Source: Octopus sinensis (lineage: Eukaryota). Taken from it: a stretch of 64,000 bases of DNA. Below, in pieces: positions 47,353 to 59,820 of the stretch. Made by a program: the position numbers and the translations under genes. Location of the stretch: NCBI RefSeq assembly GCF_006345805.1, contig NC_043003.1, positions 30,256,001 through 30,320,000 on the forward strand, given 5' to 3'. Under the pieces are notes generated by a model that did no database searches, was not told the DNA's origin, and was given only the letters and a program-made list of their open reading frames with translations. How positions within the stretch are numbered: the first letter of the stretch is position 1; each line of letters starts with the position of its first letter.

Positions 47353-48362
47353 GGCATAACTACAGATTTCTGTCCCCCCTCCCGGACTTTGGATGATCAT
47401 AACTTTCAGAAAAAAGGATATTTTTTAATGAAATTTTCTACGAATATGTGTTATATCAAGTAGATTCCGAATATACAAATTTGGGTGTGGGGGGTTTCGG
47501 AAATTCACCGGAGTCCACTTCAATTCGTGTTAACTTTCGAGAAAATGAATATTTTTTTATGAGATTCTCTACAAATATACATCGGACTATGTAGATTCCA
47601 AGGACATAGGAATTTTGGGGGAAAACAATTGGGGTTTATTTTTGAGAACCGTTCCCCACTCGGGTGTTTCGGAACGTGCATTTGTGCATCCGTAGATTTC
47701 CACACACACTTGTAATTAAAAAAGTTAAAACGGGGAATTACTTAATTCACTATCATGTTTATTATAGAGAGTATGTAACAAATTACACTTGTGCGTGTAT
47801 ATTCCTTATTTTTGCTTCTGGTGTCTTCTGCCTTTCTATTAGAAACGTTTACCTGAGAATTTACTTAAAGTAAAAAAAAAAAATCGTATGCCACAGATAA
47901 GTCGTCTTAAAAACATATTTCTATGTACCAGACATTTAACTTTTATTTTTAGCTCAACGAATTTTCTGGTGAGGGCTTCCTTCATTGCCTGTTTGTTGCT
48001 TCAGTAGAAATCTACAGATGCACAAAACGAAGAAAATGAAACAAATATGGACGACTTGTTCCGAAACACCCCCAAGTGAGGAACGGTTCTCAAAAATAAC
48101 TCCCAGTTGCCCCCCCCCCGCCAATTCCTGTATCCTGAGAATATACATAGTCAGAGGTATATTTCTAGAGAATTTCATTAAAAAAATATCCATTTTTTTT
48201 TTAAAGTTAAGATGAATTGGACTCCGGTGAATTTTCCGAAATCCCCCCCCCCCTTACATGATATAACACATATTTGTAGAAAATTTCATTAAAAAATATC
48301 CATATTTCTGAAAGTTATGATCATCCAAAGTCCGGGGAGGGGGCGAAATCTGTAGTTATGCT
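47353..48362. mobile_element. Non-autonomous DNA transposon with ~350-bp terminal inverted repeats (Mutator/Merlin-like)
   Basis: Arms ~47353-47702 and ~48004-48362 are reverse complements (GGCATAACTACAGATTTC..CCGGACTTTGGATGATCATAACTTTCAGAAA..). Flanks are TCATTCAT and ACATTCAT (8-bp TSD, 1 mismatch). Confidence 0.85.
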
Positions 48363-48751
48363 ACATTCATATCATCTATAGAAATGTGAATTAAATATTT
48401 GATCACATTTCATCTTAAAAAGATGTGACAAACAAGCTGGCTGCTGCACAATATTATAAAATAGATAACAATTTTGAGTTTTGGAATACAGACATCACTA
48501 CCTTATGGGGAAGGGACTACCAAAACAGATGCAGAGTTTAGCTATTCTTTCACCCAACTTTTATTTTCTGATATTTTCTTCAGAATGCTGTTTTAAATAT
48601 GGAAGATTGCAATTTATTTTTGTAAATGTATATTTCAGGTTCTTGATGCAGTGACTTTTTCAATTTTGACTTAATATTATCTAAGGATGGTTGGTCATGA
48701 TAGAACTTACTTTGAAATACAAAAACTGAATTGGACTCTCAAGTAATGTTA

Positions 48752-48980
48752 TCATCATCATCATCATCATCGTTTAGCGTCCGCTTTCCATGCTAGCATG
48801 GGTTGGACGGTTCAACTGGGGTCTGGGAAGCCAGAAGGCTGCACCAGGCCCAGTCTGATCTGGCAATGTTTCTACGGCTGGATGCCCTTCCTAACGCCAA
48901 CCATTGCATGAGTGTAGTGGGTGCTTTTTACGTGCCACCGGCACGAGGCCAGTCGGGCCAGCGCTGGCAATGGCCACGTT
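48752..48980 (-). repeat. RTE-family 3'UTR copy
   Basis: CATCATCATCATCATCGTTTAGCGTCCGCTTTCCATGCTAGCATGGGTTGGACGG..GGTGCTTTTTACGTGCCACCGGCAC. Confidence 0.85.
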
Positions 48981-50399
48981 ATGTTTATGAAAATTTCTGA
49001 TTCAGACCATCATGAGGTATATTAAAAATAAAAATGAGACTAGGATAATATAGTCTAGAATACATTTGGCTTTAAAAATGTAAGAAAAATTAGAATAGTC
49101 ACATTTGGGATGTCTTTTATCATATGTTTTCTCAGTCAGGGCTGACTTGGACCTAAACATATTTCTGCAAATTTGAATATGAATTGCACGTGTGCAAAAT
49201 TCAAATTTGAAATAGACTATCCAGTTAAAATTTTTGAAAATGTCTAATTTAAGTACATAATAAGAATAGTATTCAAGATATTCATAACCACCTATCAGTT
49301 TAACTGCTATTAAATGAGATTTATGTTTTTCTTAGTTCAGTCATCTTTACTTCATTTATCAATATAATACCTTCTTGTTTGGTGTGTCATAAAATTCATA
49401 GCATCCCTGAAAACAATTCAAGTGAAGAGAGACCCTCTAACATCTAGAAATAGCAGTTCATCAGATTTCCATCATTTCACACCAATCTGTCTTAAAAAAG
49501 GTCATATTAGAAAAGGATGTTGTCCTTGATACACTGTCTGAATAAAAATCGAAGTGATTATGGCTGGAATGCTTTTCATCACAGATCTAACCTTTCACTG
49601 CAACAACCAAGCCACAATGAATAACATATCTGGAATAAGAATTTTATGGTTCGCTATTGTTTAGTTAAACAATCTGGCATAGTACACACTCTGACATTGT
49701 TGTATTTTACAAATGAAAAGAGTTCACACAAAGTTGTGTGAAGTTATGTCAATAATAAATTAGAAATTAAAGCTTAAATATTCAGGTAAATGTTTATATT
49801 TATTGTTTAGAAATGTAACAAAGTTTGTATTGCTGAATCTCTGTTGTTTCTAACACTGTTTCTTTATAATTTCAGCTGACATTGGCATAAAATGATTCTC
49901 TCCTTCATATAAATCACCAATGTTTGTCATCCTTTTCAAAGATGTTATACAGAACTGATGAGACTTTGTTTATATAAATCTATGGTGGAATTACCGTGAA
50001 ATAATTCCTTTGACCTGATATTATTAATAATATTTCTCTACTTTCTGGAATAAATACAAGATAATTTTGCATTCTAATTAAACTTGGACAAATTTACCTC
50101 AGAGACATAACTGGCTTCTCTTGACAGAAATTTCATGTATATCTAGGTAACTGGATCTATTTTAGTGTTACCATATGCATTGATTTCTTACTACAAGACA
50201 GACTTCTGTAATAAAACAATCTTGGAATACTTGCACAGAAATCATTTCTTATGATAAATCACCATGTAAGTAACCATTTGTTGCATCTTCAGACATCATC
50301 AAAGATCAGAGTTGATGGAAATAAAGTTCAAGAAATGTTTGTTGAAATATAAAGCCTAACACAAGAAAACTTTGTATATTGTGGTAAGATAAGAAAATT

Positions 50400-51602
50400 A
50401 TGGAAAATGAATTATGTGACAACCAGGATGAATATAAAATACAGTCAAGGACTGATTTTCCTGATAAGACACTGAAACAAATAGAAAAGTTATCAAAACA
50501 CAGTGATGTTTCTAAGCTATTATCTGAAAAAGGTACCTTAACTAAACATAAACCTATTCATGCTGGAGGGAAACCATATCACTGTGATATCTGTGGTAAA
50601 TCATTTTCTCAGAAGGGCTCCTTAACTACACACAACCGTATTCATACAGGAGAGAAGCCATATGACTGTGATATCTGTAGTAAATCATTCTCTACAAAAG
50701 TTCATCTAGCTACTCACATACGCATTCATACAGGAGTGAAACCATATCACTGTGATACCTGTGATAAATCATTCTCTCAAAGCAGTTATTTAACTACTCA
50801 TAAACGTATTCATACAGGGGAGAAGCCATATCACTGTGATATCTGTGGCAAATCATTTTCTCGCAATGGCAAATTATCTACTCACAAACGTATTCATACA
50901 GGAGAGAAGCCATATGACTGTAATATCTGTGGTAAAACATTTTCTAGAAGTGATTATTTAACCACTCATAAACATATTCATACAGGAAAGAAGCCTTATG
51001 ACTGTGATATCTGTGATAAATCATTCTTTCGATATAGTGAATTGACTACTCACAAACGTATTCATACAGGAGAGAAGCCATATCACTGTGATATCTGCGG
51101 TAAATCATTCTCTCGAAGTGATCACTTAACTACTCACAAACATATTCATACAAGAGAGAGGCCATATCATTGTGATATCTGTGGTAAATCATTCTCTGTA
51201 GATAGTCACTTAACTACTCACAAACGCATTCATGCAGGGGAGAAGCCATATCAGTGTGACATCTGTGGTAAATCATTCTCTCAAACAAATATCTTAACTA
51301 CTCACAAACGTATTCACACAGGAGAGAAGCCATATCTCTGTGATGTATGTGGCAAATCATTCTCTGTACCATGTAGTTTAACTAAACACAAACGTATCCA
51401 TACAGGAGAGAGACCATATCGCTGCAGTATCTGTGGTAAATCATTCTCCATAGATAGTCACTTAACAACACACAAACGCATTCATACAGGAGAGAAACCA
51501 TATCACTGTGATATCTGTGGTAAATCATTCTCTCGAAGTAGTTATTTGAATACTCACAAACGTGTTCATACAGAAAAGAAGCCAGATGACTCTGATATAT
51601 AA
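50400..51602 (+). CDS. C2H2 zinc-finger protein (ZNF-D), 400 aa, 12 fingers
   Basis: Open frame with 12 C-x2-C-x12-H-x3-H repeats and TGEKP-type linkers. N-terminus MENELCDNQ. Confidence 0.95.
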   Translation: MENELCDNQDEYKIQSRTDFPDKTLKQIEKLSKHSDVSKLLSEKGTLTKHKPIHAGGKPYHCDICGKSFSQKGSLTTHNRIHTGEKPYDCDICSKSFSTKVHLATHIRIHTGVKPYHCDTCDKSFSQSSYLTTHKRIHTGEKPYHCDICGKSFSRNGKLSTHKRIHTGEKPYDCNICGKTFSRSDYLTTHKHIHTGKKPYDCDICDKSFFRYSELTTHKRIHTGEKPYHCDICGKSFSRSDHLTTHKHIHTRERPYHCDICGKSFSVDSHLTTHKRIHAGEKPYQCDICGKSFSQTNILTTHKRIHTGEKPYLCDVCGKSFSVPCSLTKHKRIHTGERPYRCSICGKSFSIDSHLTTHKRIHTGEKPYHCDICGKSFSRSSYLNTHKRVHTEKKPDDSDI

Positions 51603-52599
51603 AGTAAATAATTCTCTTTAACCATTTGGAAACACATTCACATATTTGTTGCTGGATTTAGCATCACAATCTGGCTGTTGTGTTATTTTAGTGACGACTA
51701 CTGTGTTTGCATTCAGGACAGGTGTTAGATCTGAGAATACTTATCTATTTTCATTTGAGTGAACTATGAAAAGTCTGTCCTATAAGAGAGAATCTATATC
51801 TCTGTTGAAAATACTTCTCTCTAAAATGTTGAGTTAATGAGATACAAGAAAAAAGCTGTCACTCTCACTTGCATTAAATCATTCTCATAAAATTATATAG
51901 CCATATTTTCATATTACAACAAATATATCTATATTGGTGCTGTTAAAACTTATCAGTGTGATATTTCTAATAAATACTTGCTTTCAAAATGCTCATATAC
52001 ATATATATATACATTTTAGAAATGCCTAGAAAAGAGAAAAGATACTCTTGGTTTATTTGAAATTGAGAGTAAATAATATGGAAATGTATTTACTGATTAA
52101 CATTACACAAGCCTTAATAAAATGCATTTCATTATAGGATAATATGTATTAGATCTTATATTCTAGTTCTTTTTATGCAGTCAGGTCTTGGAACCTATTT
52201 TGATAAAAGAAATTTAAAGTATATGTCTTTAAGAAACTGATTTTATTTGGAAAATCCATCTAATTTATCATTTCTCTTATGCTTAAGCAAATGTTAATTT
52301 GCATGTATCAAGGTCTATGATACAGCAGATCATCACTCTGATTTGACTTTTGACATCTCATCTGTAATGCCTTGCACCCTGAGATCTGACTGCATCACTC
52401 TATTGTTTATATGTGTGGTTGTTTTAAATAAAGAAACTAAATCTCTTTATGAAGATGTAAATATTTCTATCTGAAAAATGTATGATGAAGATAAATTTTA
52501 GATTAAATTATTTTTAATCTCCTAACTTATGAAGGCAGTAACTGCATTACTCTGTTGTTACTTAATACTGTTGCATATACTATTGATAGTATACATCAT

Positions 52600-52810
52600 T
52601 CTATGCACACTTAGTCATGCAGGAGAGAAGCTATACATTTGTGGATCTTGTTTTCTAAGCAGTAAATTAAACAAACATCAGCACATTCAGAAAGAGAAGC
52701 AATATCTCTGAAATATCTATTGTGTATCATACCCTAAAACTGGTAACTTCATGAGACAGGAGAGGAGCTGTATTTCTATGACATCTTTGGACATATTCAC
52801 CACAACTATG
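52600..52810 (+). pseudogene. Decayed zinc-finger repeats downstream of ZNF-D
   Basis: SHAGEKLYICGS..SKLNKHQHIQKEKQYL, followed by another ACAGGAGAGGAGCTGTATTTCTATGACATC linker-like repeat. Confidence 0.55.
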
Positions 52811-53149
52811 TTTTTATTGAAGTAAAGTATATGTAACAGAGTTCAGCACATATTACGTGTAAACCACTAATGCGTTGGTAATTTCTAAAAATACTTTCCA
52901 CACATGTGCATTATCTACCTAAATACCCTACCCCCAATCACTCACTGAATCTAGGAACAGACCTTAAAAGCATCTTCCAACTAAGTCATGACATCCTTGT
53001 CACTTTAACAACACACTAAATTACTAGACTTATCAATAAAACATGTTATACCACATAGTTTGTAGTCATGAATAACAAATCCCTCAGTTACACTTGTTAG
53101 GTTTTGCTATCTTTGATGTCATCATATTGTATTTCCACATATATAACAT

Positions 53150-53480
53150 TAATAAACTATCACAAATACTAGGATTCTTGTTTAGAACCAGGGGATTAAC
53201 AACCTCAGATCAGTTGTTAAATCTATACAAAGCTCAAGTAAGACAAACATTGAAGCAGTGTGTATATCTATGGGATGGAATCCTAGAGCAAATTCAGAAG
53301 AAAGTAATTTAACTGATTCAATCACAAAGAAGCTTCAACCACTATCTCATGGAAACAATTTGTTCTCTCTCTGTTGTTACTGCAGTGGTATCTCTGAAAT
53401 ATCTGAACATCTTCCCTTTCACATTACCTTTCTGCCCATGTTTTTCCCAATGAATCTTCAAACTGAATATCAAAATAACC
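53150..53480 (+). mobile_element. CR1/L2-group LINE C-terminal fragment
   Basis: KLSQILGFLFR..DQLLNLYKAQVRQTLKQCVYLWDG..LEQIQKKVI..LQPLSH. Confidence 0.55.
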
Positions 53481-55343
53481 CTACCAATCTCACCAGTCTG
53501 GAAGCACCTTCAAAGATCAATAACTGACAAAAACATCAACAAATAGATAACTTACCACTGTGATATTTTTAATAAAGCACTCTTAAAATATTTATTTTCT
53601 CTCTTAACATAAGAAACATACTCTCACAACTTGATGATAGCATCACTGCACAGTTATATAAATAAATGTGTGTACCTGTTTTCACTTCACTTTGCACCAG
53701 TTCTGATTGTTGATTAAAAATATTGAGTAAAACAATCATTGAAAAAATATTTCTTGGCTAAAAGCTATTGAATTAGATTAATCTCAGGAGTGTCATAAGA
53801 TGTATTATGTATATTTATCTGAATGATAAAAAAAATCATTTTAAAACTAGAAAACTTCAGTGTACATAAATATTATTAATATTTTTTTTTAACAGTGATA
53901 TACTTGCTACACTTTATTCTTGATAGAGCTACATGCATATAAATAGCTTGGTGTGGAAGAATGGTATTATTTTACTACTCAGTGATACTAAAGATTATTG
54001 ACAGCCATTGTGAAAGCCACTCAGACTGATAGCTGTGATTGCCACTAGAATAAGAAAGTCTTGGTTTCATTCTTTGCACCAGGACATGTTTTGTATAATG
54101 TTCACCTCTAACAATGGTGTCTTTAGTCATATCAGATAAGCGTGAGTTCAAATCCTATGGCTTATTTAAATTTCACAATATCATGACAGCTCCTCCAATT
54201 TTCAATGTCAAGCTATTGTGGTGTGCAAGCAGTCCACTGAATCTACAACTGTTTTAGTTAATTGAAAAGACATACTTGATGTCTGTCCAATGCATAGATT
54301 CATCTGTAGAATTCCTTTAATTATTTATAAACCTTACATTAAGTAACTACAGTGGTAAATGCTGGAAAAGCAAAAGAAACATAGAAAACTAAAACCTGCA
54401 GCAGATCCAGCCAATTCCATGGAATAAATTTACCCATATATTTCTAAACATTCTTATGACATTCACTTTTGTAACTAATATAGATCTAATCACGAGCACA
54501 AGATAGTAGCATTCATTTCATAAGTAGTATTTCTGGTTCAAGAAACACGGAAATAAGCTTTTTGACACATACATGGGGAATATCATTGGTGCAGAAATTT
54601 CATTATTAGATACTTTTTCTACCTTATATGCAAAAATGTTCAGAACTAGTAGAAGTCTAATTTACATATATTATTCAACAATAAATTTCATAAACATCGC
54701 ATGACTTAGACACAGGAGGTTAAAGTATGTTCCGGAGACTAGGTGTTGAAATGGCTGTGTAGTTAAGTTCACATCCTAACCACATGGATTTGGGTTCAGT
54801 CTTACTGAGCAGCACTCCAGATGTCTTCTACTAAAGCCCTGGGCTAACCAAAACTCTAACTGAGTTTAGTAGATTGAATCTAAAAGAAGCCTGTCGTGTA
54901 TAAATATATTTATATGTATCTTTATCTGGACATTGCATGCTATTTGTAAATAACTATCACTGTTATTCATTTGAACTCTGCCATGGGGAAATGTTACCTT
55001 GCTTGGAAATAGGTAAGGGTTGGTGAAGGAAGCACATCTTGATAATGTTGACGGCACCCTTCAGTCATAATTCACAAATCAAAGGATATAAACAGAAAAA
55101 TGTTAAACTTATCAGCTGACAGCCATCTTCTTAAAGGGAATGATCAACTGAAGTACATGAAACAACACAAAAGACATTAAACCCAGGAAGACTAATATCA
55201 GCTTGTACAACCCTCCATACAATCTGCCTGTGACTGGAAATGTAACAAGTAACTTACTGACATTGGTCACCTAATGATTTTGCAGCAACAGAAATACCAC
55301 AGTATCCCTGATAAAAGTGTAAATATATACAGCTATATAGATA

Positions 55344-57678
55344 ATCATCATCATCGTTTAACGTCTGTTTTCCATGCTAGCATGGGTTGGATGGTTCGAC
55401 CGGTATCTGGGAAGCCAGAAGGCTGCACCAGACTCCAGTCTGATCTGGCAGTGTTTCTACAGCTGGATGCCCTTCCTAACGCCAACCACTCCATGAGTGT
55501 AGTGGGTGCTTTTTACGTGCCAGGCAAGGCTGGCAACGGCCACGATCGGTTGGTGCTTTTTACGTGCCACCGGCACGGAAGCCAGTCAAGGCGGCGCTGG
55601 CATCAGTCATGTTCGGATGGTGCTTTTTACGTGCCACCAGCACAGGGATCACAACTGCATTTTACATTGATTTTTTAATGTTGATGTACTTGACTCAGTA
55701 GGTCTCCTCAGGCACAGGGTCGAAACGGTGTTTCTTTACTTGCCACCTGCACAGGAGTCAGTCCAGCGGCACTGGCAACTGCCGGGTGCCAGTCATAGGA
55801 TTGGTTCAATTTCAATTCCAATTTCACTTGCTCTAACAGGTCTTTGCAAGTAGAGTTTAGTGTACAATGAAGGGAGGTTGGCATGGGTGTCAGTTGTCGG
55901 ATAAGGTTCAATTTCAAATTCAACTTCACTTGCCTCAATAGGTCTTCGCGTGTCCAAGGAAGAAAAAGCATGCATAAGTGGGCTGGCAAAGGACATGGGA
56001 TGGACTCACTTGTCCTGCCGGGTCTTCTCACGCACAGCATATTTCTAAAGGTCTCGGTCAATAGTCATTGCCTCAGTGAGGCCTAATGTTCAAAGGTCGT
56101 GCTTCACCACCTCATCCCAGGTTTTCCTGGGTCTACCTCTTCCACCGGTTCCCTCAACCGCTAGGGATTGGCACTTTTTCACACACCTATCTGCATCCAT
56201 TCTCGCCACATGAACATACCAGCGTAATCGTCTCTCTTGAACACCACAGCTGATGCTTCTTAGATCCAACTTATCTCTCAAGGTACTTAAACTCTGTCGA
56301 GTATGTATACTGACATTACACATACATCGGAGCATACTGGCTTCATTCCTCATGAGCTTACGCATGTCCTCAGCAGTCACAGCCCATGTTTCACTGCCAT
56401 GTAGCATGGCTGTTCGTACACATGCGTCATACAGTCTGCCTTTTATTCTGAGCGAGGGGCCTTTTGTCACCAGCAGAGGTAAGAGCTCTCTGAACTTTGC
56501 CCAGGCTATTCTTACTCTAGCAGTTACACTTTCAGCACACCCGTCCTGCTACTGACTTGGTTACCTAGGTAACGGAAGCTATCAACTACTTCTAGTTTTT
56601 CTCCCTGGAAAGTGATGGAAGTTGTTTTCTGCACATTTTCAGTGTTTATCGCTCCTGAGCATCTGCCATATGCAAAAACTATCTTCCTAGATAGCCTTCC
56701 TTTGACATTGCTGCACCTCTTATGTGTCCATAGCTTACACTGGGTACATCTTATAGAGTTTCTACCTACGCCTTTTCTACAGATTGAGTAGGGCCATCTA
56801 CCTGAAGGCGTTTGTGGTTTGTCTACCTTCCTACTTATTAGGACTTTTGTTTTAGCAAGGTTGACTCTAAGGTCCTTCAATTCTAATCCTTGCTTCCACA
56901 CCTGAAACTACTCCTCCAGTTCTGATAGTGACTCAGCAATTAGAGCAAGGTCGTCAGCATAGAGGAGCTCCCAGAGGCATCCAGTCTTGAATTCCTCTGT
57001 TATTGCCTGGAGAACTATGATAAATAGGGGGGGGTGAGGACTGAACCTTGGTGGACTCCTATCTCTACCCGGAATTCTTCACTGTACTCGTTGCCAACCC
57101 TCACCTTACTAGCAGCATCCCTGTACATGGCTTGCACGGCTCTCACTAACCATTTATCTATCCCTAGTTTCCTCATTGACCACCAGATAAGGGATTGGGG
57201 GACCCTGTCAAAGGCTTTCTCCATGTCAACGAAAGCCAGGTACAGAGGTTTATCTTTGGCTAGGTATTTCTCCTGCAGCTGTCTTACCAGGAATATAGAA
57301 TCAGTGGTGCTTTTCCCTGGCACGAACCCAAACTGCATTTCATCTAAACTGACTCTCTCTCTCTGATTAGTTGGGCTATGATCCTCTCCGTAACCTTCAA
57401 TACTTGATCCAGCAACTTGATACCTCTGTAATTATTTGTATCTAAGGCGTCACCTTTGCCTTTGTAGTAGTTGACTATTATGCTGCTACACCAGTCATTG
57501 GGTATGACTCCTTTGTGTATCACCTGGTTAACTATACAGGTGACTAGGCAATAGCCGACACTGCCAGATATTTTGAGCATCTCTGCAGTAATTCCTGATG
57601 GGCCTGGGGCTTTCCCTGTCTTCATGCTTCTAATTGCCTTAACTACCAAGGAACTGTCAACTCGGATAGCTGGTCCCT
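55344..57678 (-). mobile_element. 5'-truncated RTE-clade LINE with RT domain, long 3'UTR and (GAT)n tail; source family of the many CATCAT-headed repeats
   Basis: KAPGPSGI..NYRGIKLL; QFGFVPGKST..AFVDMEKAFDRVP..GVHQGSVL; LLYADDLAL; FRYLG; LYDACVRTAMLHGSETW..RRLRWY..GRGRPRKTW. Frameshifts and stops are present. Confidence 0.93.
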
Positions 57679-58129
57679 ATACACTTAAATCTCACACAAT
57701 AACAAAATGCTCAGAAATCTGAATATAATTACAAAACTTCACTCAATGGAAAATATCTATTGAATTTTATACATAAAACTGTAGTAAAAACAAGCGAATA
57801 TTAAAATGGCATATATACAGCTAACAGAAAACACTTGAAATATACTTGGTGCGTTTCTTCAAATCTACAACTTTATATTGCTGTCAAAAGACATGTAGAG
57901 GCTAAAAGTTGGAGGAATTAACAATATATGAACAACAATGTTGAAAACATTAAATCATACATCAATGCCGGTAAGAGGTGCAACTGGTGAACCATTAAAA
58001 ATTCAATATAGTTATAACATCAAATAACAAGAGTTATTTAGAGCATTCTGGAAAAAAAACTTACAATAAATATGCTGGATAATACTGGGAGGCAGTAGGA
58101 GATGCACTATATGCTGTGTGATTTTACAA

Positions 58130-58330
58130 TCATCATCGTTTAATGTCCATGTTCCATGCTGGCATGGGTTGGATAGTTTGACAAGATTCAGGGTGTCAAA
58201 GGACTGGATTGTGCTCCAGTGTTTGCTTTGGTATGGCTTCTATGGTTGGATGTCCTTCCTAACATCGACTTCATAATGTGCATTAGATACTTTTTTGTTT
58301 TTTTATCATGCCACCAACACTTGTGAGGTT
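58130..58330 (-). repeat. RTE-family 3'UTR fragment (decayed)
   Basis: CATCATCGTTTAATGTCCATGTTCCATGCTGGCATGGGTTGG..GGATGTCCTTCCTAAC. Confidence 0.6.
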
Positions 58331-59204
58331 ACGTACAGCTTGCAAGACTACAAACCCCAAGGGAGAAGCTTTATTCTCAGTGATGAGAAATTAAAATGTG
58401 AGAGAAGAGGTCAGAGCAGAATCTACAATCATTGTGGATGTAGTTATTTCTTATGCAATTATAGGTAACTATATAAGTAACATGAAGAAAAACATTATTA
58501 AAGTACATGATCTGATGTGGCTAATGAAAATAACGTGATAATTCTGTTTAACTTCCAACAGATTCTCCATCTTACTGGAGTTTTTCCAATAGTAAGGTTA
58601 TTGCAAATCCCAGACAAAACTGAGTTAAACAGAAAAATAAATATAGCCTGTGAAACTTCAATGAACTGATAAATGTTATTGTATCTGGTGGTTGCAGGAG
58701 GGTTATCATACCAATGAATGTATGTAAATATATATTCATGTGAATCTTTACGTGTGTGTGTGTCTATGTTTAATGTTTAGGTTGTAACTGGTAAAAGGTT
58801 TGGGTTAGGCAGTATGTGGCAAGTTGAGAAGGCTGATTGAGAAAAAGTTGCATATTGCATAGTCAATCATTCTCCGGTGCATTGAAAAAAAAATTGATGC
58901 AAGAAATAGTTCATACTTATTAGAGATTTTATTCAATTGTTACAAAGTTTTCCCCACCTCTGATGAACTGGAAGTAAATACAAATGTTAGTAAGTTTTGT
59001 CAAGAGAATTTCTTGTTGTACAAATCTACTACTAAGTTTTGTGAAAGGAGGAAAGTAATGGTATGAAGCTTGCCATTGATGACAACTTACTTGTCTACTA
59101 GTAGCAATCAGAAAAAGGAGAGAAAAAGAGAATGGCATTCTACCCAATGTATTGAATTCTATATCAAATAGTTTGATATACATTAGAATGCTTATGATTG
59201 TCAT

Positions 59205-59820
59205 CATCATAATTTAATATCTGTTGTTTGTGTTAGCATGGGTTGGACAATTTGACTAGGGCTGGCAAGCTGAGGGGCTGCACCAGACTCCAGTCTGATT
59301 TGGCATAGTTGCTACAGCTGGATGCCCTTCCTAACACCAAACACTCTGAGAGTGTAATGGATGCTTTTACATGGCACAACTACGATTTCACTTGGCTTAA
59401 TGGAACTTCTTCTCAAGCATGGCATATTGCCAAAGATCTCAATCATTTGTCATTGCCTCCATGAGGCTCAGCACTCGAAAGGTGCTTTTTATGTGCCACT
59501 GGCATGGGTTTCAGTTACATGACACCAGCATCAGCCACAGCTACGATTTCATTTGGCTTGATGGGTCTTCTCAAATACTTGTCTTAGTCACTAGTCATTG
59601 CCTCTGTGAGACCCAACATTCAAAGATCATGCTTCACCACCTCGTCCCATGTCTTCCTAAGTCTACCTCTACCACAGGTTTCCTCCACAGTTATAGATTG
59701 GCACTCCTTTACAGAGCTGTCCATGTCCATATGCATCACATAACCATACCAGTGCGGTCATCTCTCTTGCACAACACATCTGGTGCCTCTTATGCCCAAC
59801 TTTTCCCTCAAGATGCATAC
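59205..59820 (-). mobile_element. Older RTE-family copy (C-terminal coding remnant plus 3'UTR)
   Basis: 3'UTR head followed by CATGCTTCACCACCTCGTCCCATGTCTTCCT..TCTACCTCTACC (GRGRxRKTWDEVVKHD on the minus strand). Confidence 0.75.

Noticed and set aside
49955-50010. CTGATGAG..GAAA hammerhead-like core (a similar one is on the minus strand near 27490-27540)
   Set aside because: No credible stem I, II or III pairing; such short motifs are expected by chance in AT-rich DNA.
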